Below are positions 11,734-25,814 of a DNA stretch of 64,000 nt, piece by piece. Position 1 is the stretch's first letter; each line of letters starts with the position of its first letter. The notes under the pieces are model-generated. The model saw only the letters and a list, made by a program, of their open reading frames with translations. It ran no database searches and was not told where the DNA came from. This DNA is from Pavona decussata. Taxonomy: Eukaryota. The position numbers and the translations under genes are program-made. The stretch lies in assembly GCA_977016875.1 (NCBI GenBank), contig CDRNST010000004.1, positions 868,001-932,000 on the forward strand, given 5' to 3'.

Positions 11734-12110
11734 GTGTGACTGATCATTATTATTATTTATCACTCCATTTTTACAGCCCTAAGTGCTTCAAAATGAACTA
11801 TCTTATACAAGGATATCTTTACCAAAATCTAAATTTAAACATTTATTTGTATTAACACAAATAATTGATCAAAAGTGCCAATAAATAACTGAACTGCTGA
11901 TTAAACTTCTCACTGTTTTGTGGACATTCCACAAGCAATAATATTACTTTTATACATATATTATTGTTATATACCTTGACTTTCGCTCAACAAAACAAGC
12001 ACTGTGATTGGTTGATTGTTGGTCACGTGTCCAATACATTAAGTGTATATTATTGTCAGTACAAGTAATCCGTTGTCTACAGGGAATATATGCAAAGAAT
12101 ATATACTAAC

Positions 12111-12641
12111 CTGAAGAAGATCAAAGTGTACAATTTTCATGAGGACATTGTGTAAGTCCCATATTTGGGACTGTGGCCCATAGAGTCGAATCTCCCATCA
12201 CCACTCCATACAGCGCTCTGGATAGATTTCAACTAGTTCAACAGTTTTGACCTGTAGTCCTCCCAATAATGAAGAACCACAGGAAACAGGAACTTTCATT
12301 GATGTAAAAAGTATGTTCTTGGGGAGGACACTGCCAAGCCCATATGCTTTAAAACCAGCAACACAAGACTTATTGAAGCTCCTGCCATTAGCACACCAAA
12401 ACTCAGTAATATGTTTCCAGCAGGGTATTTGCCCAGCACTACTGGCTGACTTCTCCACTGGAAGCACCTCCCACACACTTTACAGTTTTGTGTGAACACA
12501 GCCATAGTGCCACTTTTTGTCACGGTGATATGTGGCTTCCCCCTCCGACAAAGGAAACAAAACATAGAAAAGAGACTTAACAGCATGGAGTAAAAGGCTA
12601 TGAACTTTGGCTCATCCTCAACTTTGGTATCCGGCTCAACC
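12111..12641 (-). pseudogene. Kolobok-type DDE transposase exon (N-terminal catalytic region)
   Basis: WRSQPVVLGKYPAGNILLSFGVL...HMGL..RTYFLHQ and GDGRFDSMGHSPKYGTYTM. Bounded by CAG acceptor and GTTAGT donor. In-frame stop. Confidence 0.75.
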
Positions 12642-12913
12642 CTGTGTGATTCAAAAAGAAAAAAAAACCAAAATAATAAAAATAGTAATGTAGCCACATC
12701 ATCTGGAGAAAGAGCATTGCAAAAGATGTCTATATTTGATCAGCACTTGCAGCACAATCCAAATTTCAAATAAGCAAGAAACCCTTGCCTAAATTGCTCT
12801 CTATGCAGCTATATATGTAAACAAGTTAAAATTATTACATTTATAGACCATACAGCTCTAGCAGAGAAAACGTTGGAAGATTGAAAGAAAGCATGAAAAA
12901 CTTAGTATATTAC

Positions 12914-13373
12914 CAGATGGCAACTTAATGTATTGGTTTCTTATGGCCAAGGGACTTTTAGTAACCCAATGCATTACTCTTGTGACACTGCGTAATGCAA
13001 CATTAAATCTATCAGCAACAAGTCGTACACTCTCCTGGTTCGCCATGTACCAAAGGTAAATTAAAATTTGCTTCCTTGGGTCGATAGCATGTCTTCCGAA
13101 TGGGTTTCCAGCCGGTATGTTTCCCGTAGCCGTGACCTCGTTCACCACAATTTCACATGTTGCCCTTTGCATACGAAAATGAGCTTTAAATTCATCCAGA
13201 GAATACGTTGGTATCGTTTGCTCAAAATATCCAAGGATTCGATTTAACTTTCTCCTTGCAAATATGGATGCTGCAGCAGCCAAAACAATGGAATCATCGT
13301 CGTCTTCTCCAAAAAAATCATTTTCCAAGTCGTCCGCTAAAACATCTAACAGTACAGGAAGTTCAGCGGCCAT
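12914..13373 (-). pseudogene. PIF/Harbinger (HARBI1-like) transposase first exon
   Basis: YSLDEFKAHFRMQRAT, KQILIYLWYMANQESVRLVADRFNV, YIKLPS followed by a GTAATA donor. The downstream DDE exons are absent. Confidence 0.85.
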
Positions 13374-14350
13374 GTTTCTTGTTGATACGAACCCAGACCC
13401 CGGCCGACTGGCATCCGAAACTTCCCATCAAATGATACAGTTCAATCCGTTCTATTTCCTAAGTGCAAAAAAAGAGGAGTTCCATTTCCCCAGAAAAAAA
13501 CACTGAAAATTCCATTCAAATGGTAAGCATTCCAGGTTTTTGTTTTTTCCTCAGGTCGTTCCCCTTTTGATTAACTGGACGTCTAATTTCTGTCCAATAT
13601 TTTTGGGAAACTCTGTCTCTGTATTTCTTTCTGAAATAAATAAAGAATGGATAAGTGATTTAATTCATACACTTTAAGGCAACGTTTTCCTTTCATTGTG
13701 GGCTTAGGAAGATAACAAAATAATGATACACAATGCAGGTTAGCATGTGTGCCCCACAACACTGGCCTTTGTTACATGCAATATAATTCCATAGCATTCC
13801 TTTAACTATGTGAAAGTAATTTGCACATGCATTTATCACCCAAATTTTACAACATACATGGGACAAGCCTTATGGGTGGAGAAGTGATCAGGATAAAACC
13901 TTAATGCTGAGATCACTGGTTAAGTCATAATGAACAAAGATACTGCTGTGAGATTAAAATGGCAAAAAGAGAAAAGTGAAGCTCATATTTAAGACCTCGT
14001 ATACAAAGTAATTCTTGCCTTACAAACATGAAATCTATTGCAAAGAACCACTATTCACCTACTGTTATTGACGCCGGCTATTATGAGTAGTATTAGTCAT
14101 GGTTCCAAAGATATGCAGTTAAAAAGAAAATTCAATGCACAGTTAAGATCAAGTTAGGTAATGGTGCCTCCAGTAAAATATTGACATTTTCCCTTTCACA
14201 CAGCTGTAACTGATTGAAATGTGTAAGTAGCTATACTTTAAGTGTTGAAATTAATTTATAATAAATAGATGGTTAATGTAAAGCTCCTTTTATACTTAGT
14301 GAATAACATATTCAGTTTGTCAATAGCATGAATAAAGAAAAACTTTCTAA

Positions 14351-14416
14351 AGGAATTTAAACCTATGATGTTACGAGCACCACTCAGATGCTAACCACTG
14401 AGCTACAGAGAAACTT
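14351..14416 (-). mobile_element. Degenerate tRNA-derived SINE head
   Basis: Minus strand has tgtagctcagtggttagcatc (A box) ... cataggtttaaattcc (decayed B box). No full cloverleaf. Confidence 0.5.
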
Positions 14417-14539
14417 GGATGATGAGCAATCATGATCAGTTCCTTTTTGTGATATTGCTTTGTACCGCACTAGTGACATGCTATTCAGTACTTACTTCTC
14501 AACACAGCCACCTACTCACAGTCAAACTTTTTTTCTTTT

Positions 14540-15234
14540 TACATTCACTGATGGGCGGTAGCATACCAGTGAGGAGTTCCTCATGGGTGAAGAGCCCCCC
14601 AGCAACCCTGGTGGTGTATCGAGTTGGTTCTTTAGGGGGAGCCTTAGAGCTGGCAGATCTATGCCATTGTACACCAAAATAACAACTAAAAAAATGATTT
14701 ACTTATAACTTGTTATTTCCACCACTGAAAACAATGAAATTTTTTTGTGAATCCCAGAAGTACTTCCCATACATTCTCTTAGGTAGCTGGTAACAGTTTA
14801 CAGCTTTGCTTAAATGGTTAACAGCTGCCACTCTAGTCTCTTAGACCCCGTCCACACATCTGGATATATTTGAATCTGCAACGATGTTATTGGATTCAAA
14901 AATTTCCTTTCTGGAGAGCGGATTCAAAAATTTCCGGATTTGCTTGGGAATTTGCCGAATGTGTGTGGACGATAGCCGTATCCGGAAAGAAAAAATTGCG
15001 GATTCAAAAATATCCGGATTCGTGTGGACGGGGTCTTAGTAAGTTGATTTTAACATTTTGTAGGAAGCAAATGGCTAAACAGTGAACATGTGATTTCCTT
15101 GAATCATGCTTTAAAACAAACATACTAGGTCATGGTCGACCACATCATCATGTGGCACACCCTGAAGCATGCATAGTAAGCTGGTGAATAGTAAGCCCAC
15201 ACCAAGAGAGCTTGCTACACGGGTTATACAATCT
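14540..15234 (-). pseudogene. Possible BEN-domain gene remnants (two exon-like pieces, ~15126-15234 and ~14540-14674)
   Basis: An AG/GT-bounded piece ends HDDVVDHDL. The next reads VYNGIDL..PKEPTRYTT..LFTHEELLTG across frameshifts, which resembles the BEN LFTxEEL motif. Confidence 0.35.
14844..15035. mobile_element. Harbinger-type MITE
   Basis: Perfect 14-bp TIR gaccccgtccacac/gtgtggacggggtc with TTA TSD on both sides. Confidence 0.9.
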
Positions 15235-16149
15235 GTAGGTGCAGTACTTGTAAATGTAACACCAATATAAATATTAATATTTAGGATGACCTCAGGGTAG
15301 ACTGCTGATTTGTGATCTCGGATCATTCGGATTGGTTCCTTTGATGCAAACGATTTGAGATTACGAATCAGTTTTTGGATTCTTCCATAAAAACGCATCC
15401 TTAGACTTACGTGCATTACATAACCAGAATAGATCATGAGCCAGCCCTGGGTCATTACTTTATCAGAACACAATTTCCAGTTTGACGACAAGTAGCCTAA
15501 CACGAGAATACTAAATCAACATTATACTATCTTTGTGACTCAAACTAGAAGATTTGTTTCCATGTGCAAACATACACCAGCTCATCCCACATAGTAACCC
15601 ACAGGTGTCTTGTGTAAGTGTAACAATCAAATTTTATATGACGAGAGTGTCACTTTTTTGCCGATATTAATTAACATAGTCATGGAAGTCTATTTTCCAA
15701 ACACTTTAGGTGCCAAAAGTAATAAACAATCAACACTTTTTGCTTTAGTATGAGTTAATGAAATGTTGTACAGTATATCTGTTGACTACATGGGAACTAA
15801 TTTTCCTTAAATGGCTATTTACAATGGAGTATGAGTAAAAAGTGGTGAAAAGTTGCTTCTGCAATAGCAGTTCATCCTGCTAAATTTTGCAGGAAAAATA
15901 TATATGTGAGGTTTTACTGCACATAAGAAAAAGACCTAGTCAACTTCACTTTCCTTTGTCAAGGTTGTCCTTGAGCCAATAAAATAAACCACCCAAATTC
16001 AAACAAGGGATGACAAAACAGAATAAGTTAATTAAACAAGCACGGCACTTCCAGAGATAGTTTTATTATCAGACTTACAAGTGCAACATCTGTGTCATGA
16101 ATTAGAAAATGATCTGCAAAAAAGTTTTTCATCACCTGCAAGAACTTCA

Positions 16150-18094
16150 ACTAATTTATTTTAAATACAAAGGTGGCACTGGCGATTTCTACAACCTTTT
16201 TAATATTAGTATCCTTTGTTTCTACGATAAATGCTTTTTGGTTGATGTATATTTGGGCAATGCTTATATGTTTTGATAATTATTTTTCATACGTGTCAAT
16301 CGGACAAGAGTACAAGCTTTCTTCTTTATTAAGAAGGGAAGGTTTTTGTTTCTTATAAATTGCAGCAGCTGTTGAAGTTTCCAGGAGGATACTCTTTTGC
16401 AATTCCATGGCAACGTCAACTGCAGCCCAAAGTTTAGCATGTCTTGTTTTATTTGTGCTGGAATTAATTGCTTTCTATATTTTTTTCCAGCGATCCCTCC
16501 GCTGTACTTCTTTGCAGACCAATAAGTTTGGTGTCCTCATATGGTACTGGTAATTCCTGGCGTCATTTAGTTCTCTTTGCATCAAATTACTCTTTGGATC
16601 ATTCATGTCGAAAAGCATGGCATGCTTTTTTTCTTCCCATTTACCAGGCAATCTCTTTTTGATTTGTTGTTTTGGTTCTCATCAGACTTGAAGCGTGCCT
16701 GCTCTCCTTGTTTTTCTATTTCTTGCTCCTCGTTCTGCCGATCCCTATTCTCTTCCTGTACTCGGAGTTGTTTTTGTTTTAACTGTTCTCAGTTCTCCTG
16801 TTCATTTTCCTGCCGAGCTCTATTCTCTTTCTGTACTTGGGGTCGTTTTTTTTTCCAGCTGTTCTGCGTCCTGTTTTCCCTTATTTTCCAGCCGCTTACT
16901 ATTGTCTTCTTCTGGCTGTTCGTGATTCTCTGAAATTTGTACTTTCTTTTCTTTGTTTTCATTCTTAGACTTTTGTGTCTTCAATTGCTGAGAGCTCTTT
17001 ATCTTCGTTTTCTGATCAAAGTTTTCCTTTGTTCCTTCTGTCTTTATTTCATCTAGCTGAGCTGCAGTTCTGTTTGTGCCCTCTCTCTTCTTGATACTAC
17101 CATTGCCTTCATTTTGCTTGGGCCTTTTCTGATTTTTTTTTAATACATCCGGTCGGTCTTTTCTGGCTGGTTTACTCTCTTGTTTGCCTTTTGTGCCCTT
17201 GTTTTTCCCAGATATTTTGTCACCTTCACTTCCCCTTCTATTGTGTTTTGCATTTTGAGTTACCTTCTTGGTGTTACATTGTTTGGCTTTTCTTTTCTCG
17301 GAGTGTTTTTTCTATTGTTCTGTTTGGAGGCAAACATGCCAAGATTTTGTTTCGTATTTTACTTTACTTGTGCTGGTTTTGTGCCTTGAATGTGTCATGT
17401 CGTTTGAATAATGGTACAATGCGATTCACAGTGAATTTCTTTGAGCAATCTGGCCAACCTTGGGTTTTAGTCCATAAAATCCGAACACATCCAGAATTAG
17501 AAAAACAACGCTGTTGTCTATATTGAAAAGCATTTTCATACACAGGCAAAAGTTTGTGGTTCTGATCAAACTGTTTGAATGATTTGCAAAGTTCTGCTGT
17601 ATGAATAGTTTAGCGACGTTCTGATGATTTCATTTTCAAATGCTGCATCAAAACCCTCTTTTCCAAATACACAGGATGAACCTGCATCAAAACAGGTAAG
17701 ATCACACAAAGTTTCAACTGACATAATACCTGGGCCATGTCTTCCAGACTGGTAATGGATTCTGAAATTCGCTAAGACTGGATGAGTCTTGTAGAAATCC
17801 TTGTTCATGGCCAGCTCAAGGCATGTGCACAGTCGAAGTTCAAATGCGCGGCTTTCATTCTGACAAATAGCCAAATTAGCAGTTGCCATTTCCAGTACTG
17901 CGAATAGGAACTAGAACTGGGTACTTCGAAGGAATAATCCAGCAGGAGATTTCTTCAACTTGGGATGATCTGAAATGTGTTTCGATGTTCCACTCAAGAT
18001 CACACCATCGCTTTTCCATTTGTTTGCATATAGCGAAGAATCTCTTGAAATCATTGCGATTGGCAGCCAAATGTTTCAGATCTTCGAAGGCCAT
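16150..18094 (-). pseudogene. Vertnin-like OTU cysteine-protease ORF with long Lys/Glu/Gln-rich low-complexity region
   Basis: PVLVPIRSTGNGNC (OTU GDGNC motif), ELRLCTCLELAMNKDFY, ENEII..SYS. Multiple frameshifts and stops. Confidence 0.65.
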
Positions 18095-18314
18095 ACTGTT
18101 TCGTGCGTTTAGCAGGCTACTTTGTGAATAAGGATCTAACTAAGCAACTTCACACCTCAGTAACATGTGAAAAGGAATTTAATGCAAGAAGGTGCTAAAA
18201 CTAGAAGAAACAATATGCTATTATTTCCCGTTTTAAAATCGGTCCCAGGCAATAATCGATAAACAATAACCAAACAATAACTGGTTGCCCGTGTCTGTTT
18301 CCCCTCACTATTAA

Positions 18315-18948
18315 GGTTACCCGGTACCTTCAGAGGTGTCTCGCGTCCAAGCGATGTAGCGCGTCCGGTTTAAACTGTAGATACGTGAACCCTTATATCA
18401 AATTAAAGCTTATAGAGCTGGCTATCCAACTAAACCAAGAATTTTGAAATAAAATGAATTGCCGAATTTTTAGCGCTGTTTTCTTGAAAAAAATTTTTTC
18501 GCTTGGAGGATCCACTTCAAAGAGCTTAAACTCAAAAGGAATTTGTCTGTTTGCCTTCAAATTTGGACAGTAGCTAGTTTAACATATAACGGCAAAAACG
18601 TGTCTGCGAATTTTTTCTTGCGAAATATTGTTTCTCCGAGAGCGATTTTTGTACGATTACTCCTTTTTTTTTCATCTTATTTCAAAAATGCTCTATAACT
18701 TTTCACTGTGTTTAAATTGGGTCTGAAAACTGAGGAGCAAATTAAATAGCAAAAAACAAATTCACTTTGATGCTCGCAATTAGAGGTCGTGAAAAATTTG
18801 TCAATTTATTTTATTTCAAAATTGTTGGTATGGTTTGATAGTCAGCTCAACAAGCTTTAATTTGATATAGGGGTTTAGGTATCTACAGTTTAAACTGGAT
18901 GAGCTACATCGCTTAAACGCGAGACACCTCTGAAGGTATCGGGGAACC
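18315..18948. mobile_element. Kolobok-type non-autonomous element
   Basis: ~115-bp TIRs (ggttacccggtaccttcagaggtgtctcgcg... / ...cgcgagacacctctgaaggtatcggggaacc), GG...CC ends, TTAA on both flanks. Confidence 0.9.
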
Positions 18949-21210
18949 TTAAACACTCTTGTTCTCTCAACAGCACTTCGTTGTCTTACTTAAAACAAGT
19001 TTATATTCTTTATTCACTTAACCATGTGATGTATTAAATTATGAGTGCCTGTAGCAACTGTTTTTTTATAAAGTGCGCAGTCCAGAGTTATTGGTTTATT
19101 GACAGATTAATTGATTAACTGGCGAGCGAAAAAAGCCGACAAGACACAAATAAGTAAAACTGGCTTCGCAACACGCGCATGTGTCACCCAAAGGTGAGCG
19201 TTCTCGGAGGCTAATTTTGAATTTGCTACTAGTGATTATTTATAGAGGACTTAACAGGAAATGAAATTTTTCAGACTTTGTTGATGTCTAAAATATTACT
19301 GGAATTTAATAAATTTCATTTGTGTGTATTTTAGAGTCACCTCAAGAGTTTTAGTTAGGGATAAAATTATAAACAATCTGTGAAAGACTGGGACTCTGAT
19401 AGTCGCAATGGCCAAAAAAGGAACACTTATATTGCTTGCCTGAACATTTGGTATTTGAAGGGCAGAGCACTTATTTTACACGAGTGAACAATATTTGGCA
19501 CATAAAACAATAGATAAAATACCGGGGACTTCCAAATCAGTAAATTAAAATTCAGTTCTTTGTAAAAGCATCTAGCTTGCAGTTGTTGTGGTTTTCCGAT
19601 ATGTCTTGCTGTGTAATTGCTGAAAATACTGATGCAATATTGGAATCGTTTCGCCACGGAATGGAAGCACAAGTTGACGACATTCTGTTTCCCTTTCAAG
19701 TTTACATGATTAGTAAACTGCAAGCGTGTCACTGTGGGAGTTAAACAGGAAGCCATTATCAAATTGAAACAGTGCATCAAAGATTCCCACGTGCCTGCAA
19801 TTTATCTAATTCGGGAAGAAACGAAGACCGAAGAATCCGCCATCCCAGTCAGCCCAACATTTCTCAAGATGCAGACAGAGAGGAAAAGGATTTTGTCCGA
19901 CCGCTGACTAAAAAAGGCAAGATTTTGCAACAGCCCACGTTGTTTGATTTACTTCGGTAGCAAGGGCCACTAAGATTAAAATCTATAGCCATACAGAAAT
20001 TGCCAACAGTTCAGGTATGACTAAGGTTTACAGAGCATTTTGGAATGTTAAAGGAGAAGAACTTTGTTGAAACAGTGTGCTAAGCAATTTTAAACCTGGG
20101 GAAATTCAAGGGGCATGGAATGTTGCTTGGACACTGGAAAAATCTAAGCTAATCAAAGATGAGGTGAACAAGGTTAATAACGAAATAAACCAAAAATGTC
20201 CAGATCACTTGCTGAAAAAATTGCAATTATCCAGAGCTACTACAGGATTCACTTAGGAAGGCAATCGATGCGAGACAGAAACTTCTTCAAACACTGGATA
20301 CTATTAGAAGGGTAACTTCATCAAATTCCAGTGGTTTGGAAGACGAAAACAGCACGGTAGAAAGCGTTTCTTCTAGGGAAGAAGGGTAAAGTCGGAGATG
20401 GAACTTTGGACTCTTCATTAAAAAAGGAAAATTTTCTTATTAGTAGCAGTTTTGGTTGTAAAATGTCACGCAATCGTTATTAAGCCAATCCTAATGGTGT
20501 TCTGTTAAAGGGCAATTTGCATGTGACAGATTGGTTTTGGACTGGTCCATGCCATCTATTGTTAGTGACAGGTACTGCTTCAGTGATACTTCAGCTTTTA
20601 GACAGTTTCCATAGTGTATCATCTTTCTGCCCTGAAAATAGGAATAAAACAAAATGTAAACTGTTCGCAAAATCTATGTGTAATTAAACGTACACTGATT
20701 AGAAACCTTAGATAGGCAACTTTTGGCTATTCACTGCAAACGAGACTGAGCACCTTGAGTCTTGAGTACATCAAAAAGCATTCATGAGATGAGTTAGCAT
20801 GCATTGGCACTGCATGATTTTGTTTCACGCTTTATTTCTGAATAATTTTGCCACAATACGTATATATGAAACCTTACATTTGTTGTTCGTTGTGCATTTT
20901 TTTGTGTGTAAAGGTTTTACTTTTTTTCTGTAGTTCCTTGCAAACACAACTTCAAGGCAACACACACGCCAAACTTTGTGAATTTGTTTTCCTGAAAGGG
21001 AAAGACACGAAATCATGCAAAGAAGCTTGAAACCGAACTAAACTGCAGGGGGGCGTACAAGGCGGTTTATAATTTCAGTGAAAAAGTAATGTAGGTGTAT
21101 TTTTTTCAATGCTGAATAAAAAATAGCACTTTCCCACTAGTATGTCTGATCAAGAAGTTACCTTAGGAATAATGACGTTGTGGAATTTAGATGTTCACAA
21201 CCTACAAAAT

Positions 21211-21521
21211 CTGATTTGAATCAATTTGACTGTCCACTGCTTTCCTTCAGTTTTGATTTTGGTGATTTTTCCCTCTTCTCTGTCCTTTTTTCGGATCTTT
21301 TATGTGATGCAACACTTACCACTGATTTGAAACAATTTTACTGTCCATGGCTTTTCTTCAGTTTTGATTTTGGTGATTTTCCCCTCTTCTCTGTCCTCTT
21401 TTCGGATCTTTGATATGATGTAAAACTTACCACTGATTTGAAACAATCTGACCCTCCACTGCTTTTTTTCAGTTTCGATTTTGGTGATTTTTCCCCCTTC
21501 TCTTTCCTCTTTTCGGATCTT
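21211..21521. repeat. ~111-bp tandem repeat, about 2.8 copies
   Basis: ctgatttgaa.caat...cagttttgattttggtgattttt/c...ttttcggatctt occurs three times. Confidence 0.85.
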
Positions 21522-23579
21522 CCATAAGGGCATTACATTAAACTGTTTCGTCTCTGCCCAGAACATGATGAGGAATTTCAGCTTTGACTTCGCCTTTAGT
21601 GTTTTGGGATCTCCACAATTGTCATTGATCAATTGTCATTGATCTGATTCTCGTGAAGCTTATTCAAATCTTTAGCAATTGTTCTAAGGCCATCCATAGT
21701 TGTGAAAGTACCTTCCATGCTACAGAAAAGAGCAATGGTTAGGCAGGATTTCAATTTGACCACCAGCAATGCGCATGTCCCCAACCTGTAATGAAAGTGT
21801 TTAGGAAAAATATATTACGATTTACATGACGAAAGTAGCAGGAGCTACAAAAATAGCAAGCAACAAAATTGTACCTTCTAAATCGTTCCAAAAAGTGAGA
21901 TAAACACCAACACATTTTCCGCTTAAAACCCTTTATTTAAAATCAGTTTCATGGTGTTTAAAGTCAAGAATGATATTTTACAGTTTACAGAAAGACTGTC
22001 TTTGTCTGTTCTTGGAGTTTCCAGTGTCATAAAGGAGGTTGGGTGTACTGGTCGAAAGCCTGGGATTATGTACAATCTTTACTTTCTTCCATGGATGTCG
22101 TTAGAAAAACCATGACATGGTCAGACTTCTTTCTGCCAGTGTGTGGGTCGCTGTCTTCACCCCAGCCAAAGTTGAGCCAATGTATGTCTCGCAGCATCAC
22201 ACGATTGCCATCTGTGTCTTGAGATGGGTCGATACTGGCCACTGATGTAGGACTTCCAATCCTTAAAATGTTCATGTTCCAACCCAAATTTCTATGACTG
22301 TAGAAAGGACGACACCCACCACATAGCAAAAGAGCGTGAATGAACATAAATAGCTTCCTACGAAGCCCAACCTTATTTGTTCCTTCTTCGCAAACAGGTT
22401 TAAAAAAACGAAATATTGAAACTGGCTTTCACCTTTCACACCTTTCACATGACGGCGGTTTCCCAAAACAATTTTTGGGCAGGCTCAAACATTCAGAATC
22501 AGTTTGGTTTCTGAATTATTTTGTACCATTTAATATCATCACTAAAATATTATTATGTGCTTGACAACATAGGTGGTCAACACGTAAGCAATATGTGAAA
22601 TTGTTTCCACAGAACAAGCTAACCTTTCAGTTTCCAGGTGTCCTGAATCCTTCCACTTGTCAAACTCTTGAACTCCATTTTTAAGTAGTTTGGACTAAAT
22701 CGTGTTTGTAATACAAGGTGAAACTTGTGGCGCCACAACGGTTACACTGTTAGTTGCCAAGAGATTACTACCGCCTGGGGCGAACACCCTCTCCCCTTTC
22801 AGCAAAAGTAGAAATAAACTCAAGGCTTTTGCACTTCTCTATGACTGTTGTAGTTCCAGGTATTGTGGACTTATCGTTGCATTACAATTTCGTAGTATAA
22901 AACCTATAACAGTTTTTTATCATCAGTTTTTTTTATGAAAAAAACATTCATCTTTGGTATAAATGCTCTTTGGTCTCCAAGCCAGACCAAGATAAAGACC
23001 AGATAAATCATAGCGGCTCCTGTTATCAAAAGGAAACCTTTAACCACAAGAGAGTGTTAATTCTCTAGAAAATCACAATCTTGTTTATCAAGAATCCAAT
23101 TTGCCGTTGGTATCTAGACAATCAAATTGGCCCAGTAGTCGTGACCAGCAAATTATGCGAATGGCCTCCAAGAACACCTCTACAAGCCCAACACATTTAC
23201 CGAGGTAAACGTTTACTAACTAAACCTTGTTACATTTATACTGGCTGAAATAACCTGTAATCAACCATGATCGTGATCAAATCTAATTGGCGACAAATTC
23301 TAAAATCCATGCATAAAATGCCCTTGTTTATAAGAGAAGCTGTGGCCCCTGCTGTCCTTGCAGTTTTTTCTTGTTCTTGAGCTGCAAACTCGGGTCTCAA
23401 GATTTCAGCGGCTCTTACTTTTTGCGGCATCTCAAGTAGTTAAGGCGAAAGCGATTGATTTTGCCTCAAATTGCTCTTGGAAAAACAAGGCGAGCTAGAT
23501 GTGCATGGTCATGGTGGAGAAAGTTTTTTTGATTTGAAACTCTTTAACACAGAAATTTTCGGGAATTTTTTTTTTTTGC

Positions 23580-23955
23580 CATGACTGGTAGGTAGATTAA
23601 AAACGTGAAAACGAAGTTGTGAAAACGTGATTGAATGAGACTGATGCAAGCTGGACGCCACAGGATGTGAAATACTATGCGACTACAAGGGAATGTATCT
23701 GTTATCTCAACCTTGGTTACCGACCTAAACCATGCCTGATCACAGGGTTTATTGAACTTTTACATTACATGACTGGTAGGTAGATTAAAAACGTGAAAAC
23801 GAAGTTGTGAAAACGTGATTGAATGAGATTGATGCAAGCTGGACGCCACAGGATGTGAAATACTATGCGACTACAAGGGAATGTATCTGTTATCTCAACC
23901 TTGGTTACCGACCTAAACCATGCCTGATCACAGGGTTTATTGAACTTTTACATTA
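23580..23955 (+). repeat. 188-bp near-perfect tandem duplication
   Basis: 23580-23767 versus 23768-23955; one substitution seen (gagactgatg / gagattgatg). Confidence 0.95.
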
Positions 23956-24748
23956 GTTAATTTTCTATTGTCTTGGGTGGAGTTTACCCTAGTATCACTT
24001 GCCGTTTACACACGCAAAATATTTAACTTGGTAAGTAAACTCCAATACCCTGGTAAAACGCTCAAGGCCATTTAACTGAGAGCCATAACTTTTCTTATTA
24101 TAATCTATTATATTCTAATTATATCAGTTTTGAAATACACTCATGAGTACCCTTAAAATGGCATATCTTACATGGACATTGAGTTTTTATTCTTGGATCT
24201 GGAGAAAATGTTGTTTTGCCTCAGGGGTTAAAGGGTCAGGCTGGCTTATTTGATGCTCAAACTTATCTTGTTCATCTACAACTAGTAATAATCAGCGATA
24301 AGCGAGATGCGTTCAACCATTTGGGAAAAGGAAATAACATTAACTGCCCGATATTTTTCACTTGTTTATTAAATCGCAACGGGGGTTTCAAGAAGTTTTT
24401 GCACAAGTGGGTACTTAAGGCTAACAGGCGGGTATATTTGCCGGAAGGGCCTTCGACCCTAGGGGGTCCGGTGGTATGCGCCCCTGGAAAATTTTGAAGT
24501 TGACTCTAGCAGATGCATTTTCATGCATTTTCGGGTCTTTTTTTTCCTTTGTTGTTTCATTTTTGTGCTCCTAAGTCAACTAATTTAGACAAATTTGAAG
24601 AGAATTATGTTACAATGAAGTAGTCGCAGTCAGCTATTTCTATTAAGGTGATACTTTTTAACACTTTCACAATTGGTTTCTTTAAAATGGTCGAAGTTTA
24701 ATGTAGTTTTAGCTCAGGGTTAATCCTTTAATCCAAAACCAAATTTAA

Positions 24749-25814
24749 CCCGTAACGCACCGTGCCGGGCAAAACCGGCCGTAATTTCGGGCACGATCGC
24801 ACTCGCTTCGGGTTTGGGTCCTACCCCTCCCTAGAAAAGATTTTTTTGTCTCGTATTGTTCTCATTGCCTTCAGAAAGGACTGACCAATCAGAATCCACT
24901 TACTGCGCATATATTTTTAGGTCCTTGGGGGACCTAGGTAAAGTAGCTTTCTGTCTATAGCAAGCCAAGTCAAATTTCAATTTTTGTCCCCTCATGGGCC
25001 ACCTGACTAAATTTTTAGTCACCGATTTTTGCATTTTCCAAAGGAAAACACACCTTTTCGGAATGGTAATACAAAAGAAGAACTACTAAGAAATACTTAA
25101 CAGTTTTGACGGGAAATCCGAGAAATAACCGCGAAGAAATTGCGCTTCGAGTAGGAATAGTTATTTTATCAAGGCAACGATCAAGCGGACAGCTCAAATC
25201 ATTGTTCAGGCCAAGTACTTCTGGGAATTGAACAGCGAAAAAATTACAGGTTTGATTGTGAATTTGTACTGAAATACTGTTCTAATTGACCGATTCTTTG
25301 TACTCTGAACAGTTTTTCCAAAATATTTGAAAAACGTGCCCCGCACAGGTCAATAAATTTGCTTTGAAATGGACTTGTAGTTCCTTCAAATTGCTTGCAC
25401 ATCTCTTGTCTCGCCTTTATAATTATACGCATTTCTTTCTAAGGCATAAACAAAGACTTTTCTGAATAAATTTTTCATTTAGGAAAGCTTTCTGTGTGTT
25501 TTTCTTTCTAGTTTCATTGACGAAATGTGACAACTGTACCCTTGCGTAAACAAACACATGCTCTCGAGACGGATCAAATTTCGTCCATGTGGCACGTGGA
25601 TCAAATTTTACGAAATTTCGGAAATTTTTATCCTCAAGCTTGGAAAATTTGTCATTGGGAACTAGTGTATTTTATTCCACTATCTTAGACCAAAGGGGTT
25701 TTTTTTTTTTGCCCTGTAAGTTGTGTATTTTTACTGCACGTGGGGTAGGAAATAACCACTTTGCCAATTTTGCTGAATTTTGGAAAACCTCTGGAATGGT
25801 TGGTGCGTAATGGG
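24749..25814. mobile_element. Non-autonomous piggyBac-type element
   Basis: TTAA-cccgtaacgcacc ... ggtgcgtaatggg-TTAA (11/13 TIR match, CCC/GGG ends). Confidence 0.8.

Noticed and set aside
14351-14416. tRNA gene
   Set aside because: The B box and acceptor stem are decayed; it fits a SINE head.
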